Shown one piece after another: positions 52,255 through 64,000 of a stretch of DNA of 64,000 bases. The position numbers and the translations under genes are program-made. The stretch is taken from the NCBI RefSeq assembly GCF_964204645.1, contig NC_134027.1, positions 11,936,485 to 12,000,484 of the forward strand, read 5' to 3'. The notes under the pieces were generated by a model. It had not been told where the DNA came from, did not search any database, and was given only the letters and a program-made list of their open reading frames with translations. Within the stretch, counting starts at the first letter, position 1, and the number at the start of each line of letters is the position of its first letter. This DNA is from Tubulanus polymorphus (taxonomy: Eukaryota; Animalia; Nemertea).

Positions 52255-52412
52255 TGTTAGATATGTGAACTTGGGCTTTTTGGGGTAAGAAAAATTGACG
52301 GGACAGCGATGGAATACCGAGCTCGGTTGCGCGTGTGCGTCGAATGTGTGTTTAGGAATTATTCTATTACAATGCGTGTAAGAGGCTTTACTGGAAATTA
52401 AGGTGATTATCA
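52255..52412 (+). repeat. 5' LTR
   Basis: TGTTAGATA...GATTATCA, preceded by TCTTT. Confidence 0.95.
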
Positions 52413-52415
52413 AAA

Positions 52416-52427
52416 TGGTAGCAGAGC
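52416..52427 (+). other. Primer-binding site for initiator tRNA-Met
   Basis: TGGTAGCAGAGC, 3 nt after the LTR; complementary to the 3' end of animal tRNA-iMet. Confidence 0.9.
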
Positions 52428-52699
52428 GAAACAACTAAATTTGACTGGTAGTGCGGTGAGCTACTGTGGCTGTTGACATCGACACGAGCGGCTGTGGATG
52501 GCAATTCGTCGACGTCGTCGGAGTTCGTTTCAATGTGCGAAAGTGGAATAAGGGCTTTATTCATCGTTTTGTTTAAAAAAAAAACAAAACGGAAAAGAAA
52601 GAAAGATTGTTGCTGTGTTTTGTGTGAGTAGCTGAGGTTTGCATCGGTTCGTTCGTTTAAATAAAATTCGTTGCACATGGCCATCATTTTTACCGTCCG

Positions 52700-55600
52700 G
52701 TGGCGCCGCGTTGTGTTAAAAAAAAAAAAAGGATAAAGCCGCTGTTGGATAAAGCAATGGATTACCAATCGTGGAAAGATGAGATTGAGATATGGAAACT
52801 AGTTACGGATTTAGATGCTAAAAAGCAGGCTTTAGCAGTGACGTTGACATTACAAGGACAAGCGAGGGCTGCTGCTCTTGAGCTGTCAACGGCATTGTTA
52901 AATGCTGACGATGGAATGAAATCTTTGCTTACAAAATTGGATACGGTTTTTAAGACTGATGACACGGATATTGCATACTCAATATACACAGCTTTTGAGA
53001 AATTTAAACGGACTGAAGGTATGTCAATTAATGATTATATAATCGAATTTGAAAGGCTCAACAACCGGTGTGTTAAACGCAACATGCAGTTACCGGAAGC
53101 TGTGTTGGCATTTAAAATCTTGGATGGAGCTGGATTACAACAAAAAGAGAAGCAGCTTGCTCTCACAGCTTCACCTACCCTCACATTAGCAAGTTTGAAA
53201 TCTGCTCTCAAGCGGATATTTGGAGAGGCAAAAGTCTACTGCTGACAATTATGATGAATCTCGACGTTATGGTACTGATGTGAAGGTCAAAGGTGAAGAA
53301 CATGATACATTGTATGCAAATCAGGAAAATCGTGGTGCTTTACATAGATCTGGATTTGGCTCACGAGGCATGCAGGCTTTCAGACTAGACGCTCTAGTGT
53401 AACTAGCACGAATGTGCCGAGGGGCACGTATCCCATAGATAGATCTGGACGGAGAACTAGATTTGCTGTTTGTGGCAGTACTTTTCACTGGGCTAAGAAC
53501 TGTCCGCATAAGGCAGATGACGTGCATGCTATGCAACACGAAGAGGTTTCTGATGAGGTTGTCCTTTTCGCCAAAAGCTCTGGACAAGACAAGACAATCT
53601 TCATGACAGAGGCTCTGGGTGCCGCTGTTATTGATACTGGATGTACTAGAACTGTGTGCGGTAAGAAGTGGCTCCATGATTATGTAGACTCATTATCACC
53701 TTCCGAAAGGGATAAGATTGTTGTCACACCTCCTAACAGGTTTTTCCGTTTTGGTGACGGTAGGAAAGTACTTTTGTCTGAGAATGTTATCATCCCTGCA
53801 AATTTTGATGGTCATACGTGCCGTTTATCTACAGACGTCGTTGATGTAGATCTTCCTCTGCTCCTTAGTAGAGCGTCATTAAAAAAAGCAGATGCCATAA
53901 TAAATGTGGGTAATGATGAAGTCCATATGTTCGGGAGGAATATCAAATTGGAGCAAACTTCTATGGGACATTACTGTGTTAATATCTATAGTGATAGATA
54001 TTATAACAATGATTTTTGTAGTGAAGCGGTTTTGATCCTTCAGAATGCTGACGATGTGAAGAGTAAAGAGAGGGCTATGTTAAAACTCCATCGTCAATTT
54101 GGACATGCTTCTTTAGAAAAGTTGAAAAATCTTCTAGAGAAAGCAGGAATCAGTGATGCAGAAACTCGTCAAGCTCTAGAAAGAGTCGTTACTCAGTGTC
54201 ATTTATGTGAAAAGTACAAGAGAACATCAAGTCGTCCAACTGTCTCGCTACCCATGGCCTCAGATTGGAATGAGACAGTTGCAGTAGATCTACATCAGTT
54301 AGGAGAATCATTATGGTATCTTCATATCATTGATCTCTACACGCGATACAGTGCGGGTGCTATTTTAAAGACGAAAAGACCGAATGATGTTATGGATGAA
54401 TTCATTAAGCACTGGATTAGCATTTTCGGCCCACCAAAAAGATTGTTCAGTGACAATGGTGGTGAGTTTATGAATGAAGAAATGATTGAAATGGGAGGAC
54501 AGTTTGGCATCGAAATATTGACTACGGCAGCGTATAGTCCGTGGAGTAACGGAATTTGTGAAAGGCACAATAGGACACTAACTGAAATTGTTACAAAAAT
54601 CAAGGACGATAGAGCTTGTGACTGGGAGACAGCTTAAGCTTGGGCTCTAATGGCGAAGAATACACTCAGTAATATTCATGGGTATAGTGCACATCAACTA
54701 GTTTTCGGCTGTAATCCCAACTTACCATCAGTATTATGTGACAAACTGCCTGCATTAGAAGGAAGTACCACAGCTAATGGTATTGCAAAACACATTACGA
54801 CTCTGTTTGCTGCAAGGCAGGCATTTACTCAGGCTGAATGCTCTGAGAAGATAAGAAGGGCGCTTAGAAAACAGGTTCGAACTCACAATGATGAAATTTA
54901 TAGAAGTGGTGACAAGGTGTTCTATAAAAGGCCCGACCAGTCAACATGGAAAGGACCTGCTCGAGTTATTGGCCAGGACGGAGTTGTGGTATTTGTTCGA
55001 CATGGTGGTCAGCTCATTAGAGTGCACACATGTCGGTTAAAAAGGCTGTATCTGAGATTAATCATCAACCTTATGATGACAAACGTAATCAACCACAAGA
55101 TAAGGTTTCCCTAAGAAATGAAACCGAACCGGCAGTTGTACAGTCAAATAATGACAGTGATGACGAGAAAACCAACAACAAACAGGATTACAGTGATAAC
55201 GAGAAAGTTGACAGCGCATCTACTGGGACTGCGGCGCGACTTGAAGAGATAGTTGTGGATAATATGTTATCTGAGAACCAGACTTTGCCCAACACGGTCG
55301 GAAATGCGAACAGTTCTGATGACGCTTTGAATCAGGGAGTGGTTGATAATGAGAAGCCAACCTTAAAAAAGGGTCAACAGATTAAATTTGAAGTAAATGG
55401 AAACATACAGGTAGGGACCATCATAGGCAGAGCTGGAAAGAAAACTGGACAATATAAAGACTGGTACAATATTGCAACAGTAAATTCAGATGGCGAGAGA
55501 TATCAGAGTTCAGTGGATATAAATCAGTTAGATAATCTTCAAGTTCTCGAACCAATGATTGACGATGCCGATGTATTAGTAGTGCAATATGGGATTTTTG

Positions 55601-58310
55601 ACCAAGCTAAAGAAGCAGAGCTAAAAAGCTGGAAAGACCATGGAGTGTACAAAAGAGTCAAAGATAGTGGTCAGCGTGCCGTATCTACCAGATGGATCTG
55701 TAATATGAAAGAAAAAGAGGGTGTTCTGGTACCTAAAGCTAGACTGGTAGCGAGAGGGTTTGAAGAAAAAGAACTGTCCGCTGAAAGAGATTCACCTACA
55801 TGTTCCAGTGAGTCGCAGAAAATAGTGCTAACTGTCCTTGCTAAAAAAATGGCTGCCCAAGTCAATGGACATTAAAAGTGCTTTTCTCCAAGGAGACAAC
55901 TTTGACAGACAAGTCTTTTTGGTACCCCCTAAAGGTGCCTGTGAAAATGGTTATTTATGGCAGTTAAAAAAATGGGTTTATGGTCTCAGTGATGCTTCTC
56001 TGTGTAAGGAGGTAAAATCCACTTTGTCTGGTATGGGAGCAAGGATATGTCAATATGACCCAGCTGTTTTCTACTGGCTTGATGAGAATGGTGTACTTAC
56101 TGGCATACTATTATGTCATGTTGGTGATTTTCTATGGGGAGGTGACGAATCATTTGAAACTAGGGGTCCAGGGACACCATGCCCACTTGGGAAGTGGTTC
56201 CAAATGCTCAACAATCTAACATTTTCAATATTCAACGCCCCCTGGCAACCATATACAAAACCAATGACCTTGAAACTCACCACAATCATAGAACATGTCA
56301 GCAGCTACGATTCTGTAATTGATTGTGATAACAAAATATGCCTCGTTACCAATTTGATACGGAAATACTAAGTTATTCTACTATTCAACACCCCCTGGAG
56401 ACCATATTCAAAACCCAATGACCTCAAAACTTACCACAATCATAGAACATGTCATGAACTACAACTTTGCAATTGATCATGGTAACAAAATATGCCTAGG
56501 TACCAATATAATAAGGAAATACTAAGTTATTCTACTATTCAACGCCCACTGGTGACCATATAGAAAAACTAATGTCCTTAAAACTCACAACAATCATAGA
56601 TGATGTCATGAGCTACAACTTTCCAATTGATTGTGGTTACAAAATATGCATAGGTACGAATATAATAGAGAAATGCTAAGATATTGTATTATTCAACGCC
56701 TCCTGGTGGCCATATACGAAATCTAATTACCTTGAAACACACCGCAATCATAGAACATGTTATGAGCTACAACTTTTTAATTGATTGTGGTAGCAAAATA
56801 CGCTTAGGTATCAATATAATGTGGAAAAACTTTTTCCCATTTACGAATGAGTACTGGTGACACCAAGATGGCCGCCAATTGCATCATATTTGGCTGATGA
56901 AAAATACCTGTCTCAGGTATAAAACATCCCTTTCCAAAGAATACCCATCACAAATTGCAATGAGAAATGGCAAACCAGTAGGAAGCTACAGGACTCAGAA
57001 TTCGGGCAAAAATTAACATTTTTGGGCACTAAAAAGGTCATAGGACGGCCATCTTGAGTCCGACCGACCCAATTTTTGTTATGTTGATGGGCCCTGGGGG
57101 GATTCACATATATCCGAAAGATCAAGGTAATTGATCGAAGTGCCTTCAAAATTTCCCTCAAAAAGTTCAAAAATGTGTAAAAAGTGCTGATTTTGGCGAA
57201 CAACAATGGCTGCTAGTCGGCCATCTTGATTCTGACAGGGCCAGTTTTTGGGCTGAAGATGTGTCTAGGGTAGATACATGTGTAACCCAAATATCAAGAC
57301 GTTACATTGAAGCGTCTTCAAAACTTCCCAAAATAACTGGATTCCGTCTACGGACGGACGGACGACGGACGAGAAGTGAACGCAATAGCCCGCTGGGACT
57401 AAAGTCCCAAGTGGGCTAAAAACTGTTATCTGCAAGATTCGAGAGAAATTTATCGTTGGAAGGGAAGATGTAAAGGCTTTCAGATATGTTGGTATGCATC
57501 TAAACATATAGCAAGATGTCACGACGCTCGATCAGGATTTCTATAAGCAAAATTTGAGATTTGTAAAAATTAGTAGTGTCCGGGCACAAAACCAAAGTGA
57601 TTGTCTTACCGAAAATGAGAAGACAGCGATGAGAAAAAAAGTAGGTCAGCTTGGCCGTCAAACAAGACCAGATTTAATATTTGATGTCTGCCAGCTTGCA
57701 TCCTCAATAAAGAAAGGAAAAGATGGAGATATTTTGGCATTGAATAAAGTGATTGAAAGGGCTAAAGCTGAAAATTTCAGAATACAATTTCAGTATCTGA
57801 AGAATCCTAGAATGTTGGTTTATGTGATGCATCATTAGGGAATTTATCTGATGGCGGTACTCAAGGTGGCTATTTTATTTGTTTCGTTGGTTAGGATGGA
57901 AATATGTCACCAATATGTTGGAGCTCAAAGAAGGTCCGTAGGGTTGCGCGAAGTACCCTTGCGGGTGAGACGTTAGCTTTAGCGGATGCGGTTGATGCCG
58001 CCTTACCTTTATGCTTGATGTACACGGAGCTTAAGTTTGGCAGAAAGGAGTTTGGTTTAGTTGATGTGATATGCCTCACTGATAGTAAATCGCTGTGTGA
58101 AGCAGTCGTTTCCAACAAAGCAGTCACTGAGAAACGATAGAAGTCTCAGAATCGATATAGCTGTTTAAAAGAAGTTATTGAAAATGGCGCGCTGAAAGAG
58201 CTGCGTTGGATCGACTCGAATAAACAACTAGCTGATTGCCTTACAAAAAAGGTGCCTCAGCTGCGGGTCTGTTGCAGGCTTTGGAGTCTGGAACTATTCA
58301 GTGGACGTTA
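52700..58310 (+). pseudogene. Disrupted Copia gag-pol
   Basis: Fragments 52700-53245 (gag), 53414-54637 (PR-IN), 54650-55114, 55030-55875 and 55838-56158 (RT), 57421-58310 (RT end/RNase H). Zinc-knuckle first Cys is replaced (FAVCGSTFHWAKNC). Confidence 0.9.
56159..57420. mobile_element. Full-length HINE inserted in the Copia RT domain
   Basis: The RT frame ...GGDESFE|KTVICKIREKF... can be rejoined on removal; inserted in an A-run with no TSD. Confidence 0.88.
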
Positions 58311-58465
58311 TAAACATGGTTGATGCCATGTAAATAGATAAGCCATGACTTATCAATTTTTGTAATTCTTCAGTAGAAAAGCGTTCTACTCCGTTAGAAA
58401 GTTACGACTTGTAATTCTTCAGTAGATAAGCGTTCTACTCTGTTAAAAAGAATGATAGATGAGAT

Positions 58466-58623
58466 TGTTAGATATGTGGACTTGGGCTTTTTGGGGTAGG
58501 GAAAATTGACGGGACAGCGATGGGATACCGAGCTCGGTTGCGCGTGTGCGTCGAATGTGTGTTTAGGAATTAGTCTATTACAATGCGTGTAAGAGGCTTT
58601 ACTGGAAATTAAGGTGATTATCA
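58466..58623 (+). repeat. 3' LTR
   Basis: 158 bp with five substitutions relative to the 5' LTR; followed by TCTTT. Confidence 0.95.
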
Positions 58624-59424
58624 TCTTTCTCAGGTATAAGAGATTCCATTCCAAAGAATACCCATCACATGTTGCAATGAAAAAGGGCAGATTAATAGGA
58701 AGCTACAGGACCCAGAATTCGGGCCAAAATGACATTTTTGGACACAAAAAAGGTCATAGGATGGCCATCTTAAATCCGATCGACCCAATTTTTCTTAGAC
58801 TGGTGGGCCCATGGGGGATTCACATATATACAAAAGATCATGGCAATCGATCATAGCGTCTTCAAAAACTTCAAACATGTGTAAAAAGTGCTGACTTTGG
58901 TGAACAAAAATGGCTGCCAGTCGGCCATCTTGATTCTGACAGGGCCAGTTTTTGGGCTGAAGATGTGCATAGGGTAGATACATGTGTAACCCAAATATCA
59001 AGGCATTACATTGAAGCGTCTTTAAAACTTCCCAAAATAACTGGATTCCGTCTACAGATGGACGAACGAACAGATGAAAAGTGGACGCAATAGCCCGCTG
59101 GGACATTTAAGAAATATATACAAGGGTTTCATAGACCTAATTTTACAACTTGTGGTGAAATTTTGCCAATGCGGAATTAAGCTGCGTTCACACTAGGATT
59201 TCAGTACGGTACTGAGTGATCACACTAGGAAATTATTCGAGGCCTATTCGCGGCTTATTCAGTTCCTTACTGAAATACGGGGCTTATTAAGCGCGGAATG
59301 CGATTCCGCGCTGAAAACCTGATCTCAGTACGGCACTGAGCTGGCCGTGTATTTTCTGTTGTATGAACGCAGATTCGGCGCTTAGCTAGCTGCGTATTCA
59401 CATCCTCGTAGTACTAAACACTTA

Positions 59425-60640
59425 AGCCCAACACCAGGGATGAGAACGCCAACCTGTAAAATGCGCGGGTTATTTTTCTTGAGTGACATACGCGAACCAG
59501 CTGACGGTGTAGCCGTCAGCACTAGCGAGCGCCGAGGGCGCGAAGCTATTTCAGGGGGGTTTGGGGGTCCTCCCCCAAGAAAATTTTAGAAATTAAATAC
59601 GTTTTCCGAGCACTTAGAGCGATCTCGAACCCATGTACGACTATTATATTTTGGAAGGTAATGGCTAGTTCCAATGTGGTACATCCTCATTTGATGACAT
59701 TCAGCATCTCATGCATTACGGGTCGAGCCCTGAATTATTGCAGTAAAAATGCGCCGATGAATGCTCACTAAAAATCACCAAGTAGTGTATAATATCCGAA
59801 AGCGTTCGCCACACACACGCAGCAACGGTAAGTAGACCTATATACGTTACTACTGTTGCTGTGCGTGCGTGTCTGCAACCGATCGATAAAATACATACAA
59901 ACTCATCGTAGTACAAATGTACATACAAAATCAGTGTTGCAATGAATATGCATTGAAATGCGATACTTTTACGTGACGATAAGTAAAACAGGCACTGAAC
60001 GCTTTTACGGTTCACCTGATTACCGATCGCGCCGGACCAATTGAGTGAGATCATCACCCCCCCCCATACTTTTACATCATTTTTGGACTATTTGGAAAAT
60101 TGATATTTTTCAATACTGAAATCCGCGGGAAACCGCGGATCCGCGGGGAATTCTCATCTCTGCAACACACACGGCACCGAAAAAACGTTTTTTCCTCGTG
60201 AGAAAACGTTTTTTCGGTGGCGTGTGCGTTGGAGGCAAAACACAAAACACCGAACTGAAAAACGTTTTTCGCGAGCAAAAAACGTTTTTCGCGAAACAAG
60301 CACTGCTCGATTTGCGATAAACGTTTTTTTGTAGTTGAAAACATTTTTCGTCCCATGTGTTGCCACACACGTCGATTGACACTTCGACGCCGTCGATTTC
60401 GCAAAATTAACAATATTGCTAATAAAATCTTTCGCTGTCGCATGGACACCGCCATTTTGAGATTGATGTGAGTAACTGAACTTATTGTTGTCTCCATGGA
60501 TTCCATGGTGCAAGAAATGTTTTCTGCACGTTTTCATTATGCCGTGTGCCTTGGACGTTTTATCGTTTGCGGGCAAAACGTTTTGTTAAAAACGTGTTAT
60601 CTGTTTCGGCGAAAAAATGTTTTGCTGTGTGCGTTGGGCT
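59425..60640. mobile_element. PIF/Harbinger deletion derivative (middle element)
   Basis: TTA|AGCCCAACAC[insertion]ACACGGCA ... TGCTGTGTGCGTTGGGCT|TTA. Minus-strand peptide ILLAILLILRNRRRRSVNRRVWQH resembles a Harbinger transposase N-terminus. Confidence 0.8.
59435..60162. mobile_element. TIR element with CAG termini and 6-bp TSD (inner element, hAT-like)
   Basis: CAACAC|CAGGGATGAGAA ... TTCTCATCTCTG|CAACAC. Confidence 0.82.
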
Positions 60641-61406
60641 TTAGCTAATTACACTCCCCTCCATTGGCACACCGGGTGACTACTATACTGGGCTTACTAA
60701 GTGCCGAATTGGAGACTCGTAGTGTGAACGTAACTAGCTGTGTAAGCGCCGTATTTTGGTGAATTCGGCACCAGCGAAGTACGGTACTCCGTAAGCGCCG
60801 AATCTAGTGTGAACGCGGCTTTATTCCTGTAAGTGATATTTTGCCAATGGCTATAAACAATAAGATAAAGTTAATAGAAATAACTATCAAAGCCTTTTAT
60901 TAGGTAGGGTACGGGGCTAGAGGGTGCAGAGGATTAGGTTCCATTTAACAGCTAGGGATGGGGTTAAGGTACTGCTCAACCTATTTTCTCTAACTTTGTT
61001 CTCCACATTTTCATTAAATCTTTTAAGTCGGGCACCTCTCGTCCTGAGTGCGCATGCGTGGTGTAAATTAGCCAATCAGTCATAGCCATCGGCAAAAAAT
61101 TGTGTCAACAGCAATAATTGGCAAAATAACACCTACTAGGCCCTACCTTTACAATACAAAGACAAAATTCTGTTAGGCCTACTGTTAAGGCAGTTATATT
61201 CAAGCAACTCGGAAAACTCACGTTCAAATCACCTTAAACAAATGACCGACATGCAACCTGAATTTTCGGCGATTGAAAAAGCCACAATTTAGTTTTTTAC
61301 CAATCGGCGAACGCACTCGCCTGGTACGTACGAGTTGGCCGTATATGGCACCGGGACTCGCCACAATTGATAGTGAATGAATAAAACCTGTAGGCCTATT
61401 TTAAAA

Positions 61407-63035
61407 ACTAGGGGTCCAGGGACACCATGCCCACTTGGAAAGTGGTTTCAAATGCTCTATCTAACAATTTGAATATTCAACGCCCCCTGATGACCATACA
61501 CAAAAACTAGGGGTCCAGGGACACCATGCCCACTTGGGAAGTGGTTCCAAATGCTCAACAATCTAACAATTTCAATATTCAACGCCCCCTGGTGACCATA
61601 TACAGAATCCAATGACCTTGAAACTCACCACAATCATAGAACATGTCAGCAGCTACGATTTTGTAATTGATTGTGATAACAAAATATGCCTCGTTACCAC
61701 TTTAATATGGAAATGCTAAGTTATTATACTATTCAACGCCCCCTGGTGACCATATTCAAAACCCAATGACCTTGAAACTCACCACAATCATAGAACATGT
61801 CACGAACTATAACTTTGTAATTGATCATGGTAACAAAATATGCCTAGGTACCAATATAATAAGGAAATACTAAGTTATTCTACTATTCAACGCCCCCTGG
61901 TGACCATATAGAATAACTAATGGCCTTAAAACTTGCCACAATCATAGATGATGTCATGAGCTACAACTTTGCAATTGATTGTGCTTACAAAATATGCATT
62001 GATACGAATATAATATAGAAATACTAAGATATTGGATTATTCAACGCCCCCTGGTGGCCATATACAAAAACCAATGACCTTGAAACTCACCACAATCATA
62101 GAACACGTTATGAGCTACAACTTTCTAATTGATTGTGGTAACAAAATACGCTTAGGTATCAATATAATGTGGAAAAATTTTTCCCACTTACGAATGAGTA
62201 CTGCTGACACCAAGATGGCCGCCAATTGCGTCATAATTGGCTGATGAAAAATACCTCACAGGTATAAAACATCCCTTTCCAAAGAATACCCATCACAAAT
62301 TGCAATGAGAAATGATAAACCAGTAGGAAGCTACACGACTCAGAATTTGGGCCAAAATTAACATTTTTGGGCACTAAAAAGGTCATAGGACGGCCATCTT
62401 GAGTCCGATCGACCCAATTTTTGTTATGCTGATGGGCCCTGGGGGAATTCACATATATTCACATAAAGCGTCTTCAAAATTTCCCTCGAAAACTTCAAAA
62501 ATGTGTAAAAAGTGCTGATTTTGGTGAACAACAATGGCTGCCAGCCGGCCATCTTGGATCTGACAGGGCCAGTTTTTGGGCTGAAGATGTGTCTAGGGTA
62601 GATACATGTAAAAACCAAATATCAAGACATTACCTTGAAGCGTCTTCAAAACTTTCCAAAATAACTGGATTCCGTCTACGGACGGACGAAAAGTGAATGC
62701 AATAGCCCGCTGGGACTAAAGTCCCAAGTGGGCTAAAAAATGACATTAAAACTCAGCACATTCATAGACCTTGTCAGCAGCTACAATTTTGCAATTAGTT
62801 GTGATAACAATATATGCCTCAGTACCAATATAATATGGAAATACTAAGTTATTCTACTATTCAACGCCCCTGGTGACCATATAAAAAACTCCATGAACTT
62901 GAAACCACATTCATAGAACATGTCAGCAGCTACAACTTTGCAATTGGTTGTGATAACAATATATGCCTAGGTACCAATATAATAAGGAAATACGAAGTTA
63001 TTCTACTATTCAACGCCTGGTGACCATATAGAAAA
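61407..63035. mobile_element. Full-length HINE (61506-62740) nested in an older HINE (61407-61505 and 62741-63035)
   Basis: Two 5' ends 99 bp apart; after the inner terminal hairpin the interrupted core repeat resumes (ATGACATTAAAACTCAGCAC). Core period is 154 bp (61577/61731/61885/62039). Confidence 0.82.
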
Positions 63036-64000
63036 TTAGGCTTTGAGCGTCTATTTCACCCCTTAAAACACCATCAACTTACCTCAAACTGACTGTTCTG
63101 TAATCAGATGGAAGTTAACTTTTGTTTGTGCATAAACTTGTAATCCTAAGTAGATTTTGACGCTCGTAGTAACTCAATACTTTTGGCTAGTCGCCTCAAA
63201 AAATAGTTGAAGTGAAGCAACCTAACAAATATGGCGACTTGTTGCATGATGAGAGGGTAAATTACGGATGTGTACGCGAACTTGGACTGACATTGATGCC
63301 ATTGCAGATATTATTCTTGTTTCAAACTCTTAAGGTAGAATTTACCAAAATTTATGTGTTTTATCAACAAAAAATATCCTTTAGAGTAATTTTAGAGAGA
63401 CATATTGAATTTTTACATTTTATTAATTTAGTCCATATTGGAAATCCCAATGGGCAATCAATTCAATTCAAAATCAAATCAACCAATTCTCTGGTTCGCG
63501 ATTTGAATCATCAAAAATATTATTATAAAACACGTTTCAAAGTCAACAAGGTAATTAATTTATTCATTTTAGTACAAAGGTTTGATTTGGCACTAAAATC
63601 AGTTGTTGCATTGCAATTAACAGGAGTTAACCTCTATATGATACTTTAGTGTCAGACGTTGTAGGGAACCGGTAACGGGTCATCCTTATTACCGAGATGA
63701 CGTATTCTACCGAGATGAAATGAAATATAGCATATTTATTTATTTCTTATCGATTTTAACACTTGAAATCATGTTATATCAGTAATAAATACCTACTAGA
63801 GTCATATTTTACATATTTCTTTTATTTAAAAAAATTTTGACTTCAAATACGTAAACTCGGTTAGCAATAAAATTTCATTGAATTTGATTGATCGACGATC
63901 TTACCTCGGTAAAGTTAAGTTATTTTTCTATAAAAATATCCGACAAAATATGTAAAATATGACACCAGCAGGTATTTATTACTGATATAAAATGATTTCA

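Larger units (their letters stand above)
52255..58623 (+). mobile_element. Full-length degenerate Ty1/Copia LTR retrotransposon (GalEa-like)
   Basis: 158-bp LTRs (TG...CA), TSD TCTTT, PBS. Domain order gag, zinc knuckle, protease (IDTGC), integrase (HHCC + DDE), RT (KARLVARGF, DIKSAFLQG, HVGD in place of HVDD), RNase H (TDSKSL, QLADCLTK). Several stops and frameshifts. Confidence 0.95.
51997..59104. mobile_element. HINE-family copy split by the Copia insertion (51997-52254 and 58624-59104)
   Basis: Core repeat and spacer lie left of the 5' LTR; the sequence continues colinearly right of the 3' LTR to the microsatellite and a half hairpin. Confidence 0.78.
59180..60820. mobile_element. PIF/Harbinger MITE (outer element of a nest)
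   Basis: TTA|AGCTGCGTTCACACTAG ... CTAGTGTGAACGCGGCT|TTA. Confidence 0.85.

Noticed and set aside
63083-63200. Candidate NFS1 first exon ending at GAG|GTAAGT
   Set aside because: The required phase-1 frame has a TGA immediately before the donor.
63212-63649. 145-aa ORF; likewise 48260-48616 and 45974-46289
   Set aside because: No recognisable motifs; AT-rich, antisense within introns, or inside transposons.

Overview
AT-rich, intron-containing animal (invertebrate-type) genomic DNA. In order: (1) a decaying 1,820-bp tandem array carrying U5 snRNA genes (two intact, one 5'-fragment, one deleted), plus an orphan inverted copy of the U5 upstream region; (2) an intronless class A GPCR; (3) a ~680-bp foldback containing a minimal hammerhead-like motif; (4) two tail-to-tail, 3-exon WD40/beta-propeller + SOCS-box paralogues with N-myristoylation-like starts and alternating nucleotide-identical and highly diverged blocks, separated by a CMC/EnSpm relic; (5) three intron-containing tRNA-Tyr(GTA) genes; (6) a second intronless class A GPCR; (7) the multi-exon cysteine desulfurase NFS1 on the minus strand, whose 5' exon(s) I could not place firmly; (8) a full-length but degenerate Copia (GalEa-like) LTR retrotransposon and many MITEs and Helentron-type non-autonomous elements, several of them nested. 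The best candidate for an undescribed system is the pair of putatively membrane-anchored SOCS-box E3 adaptors with constant and variable patches. All calls come from reading and aligning by eye; no searches were run.
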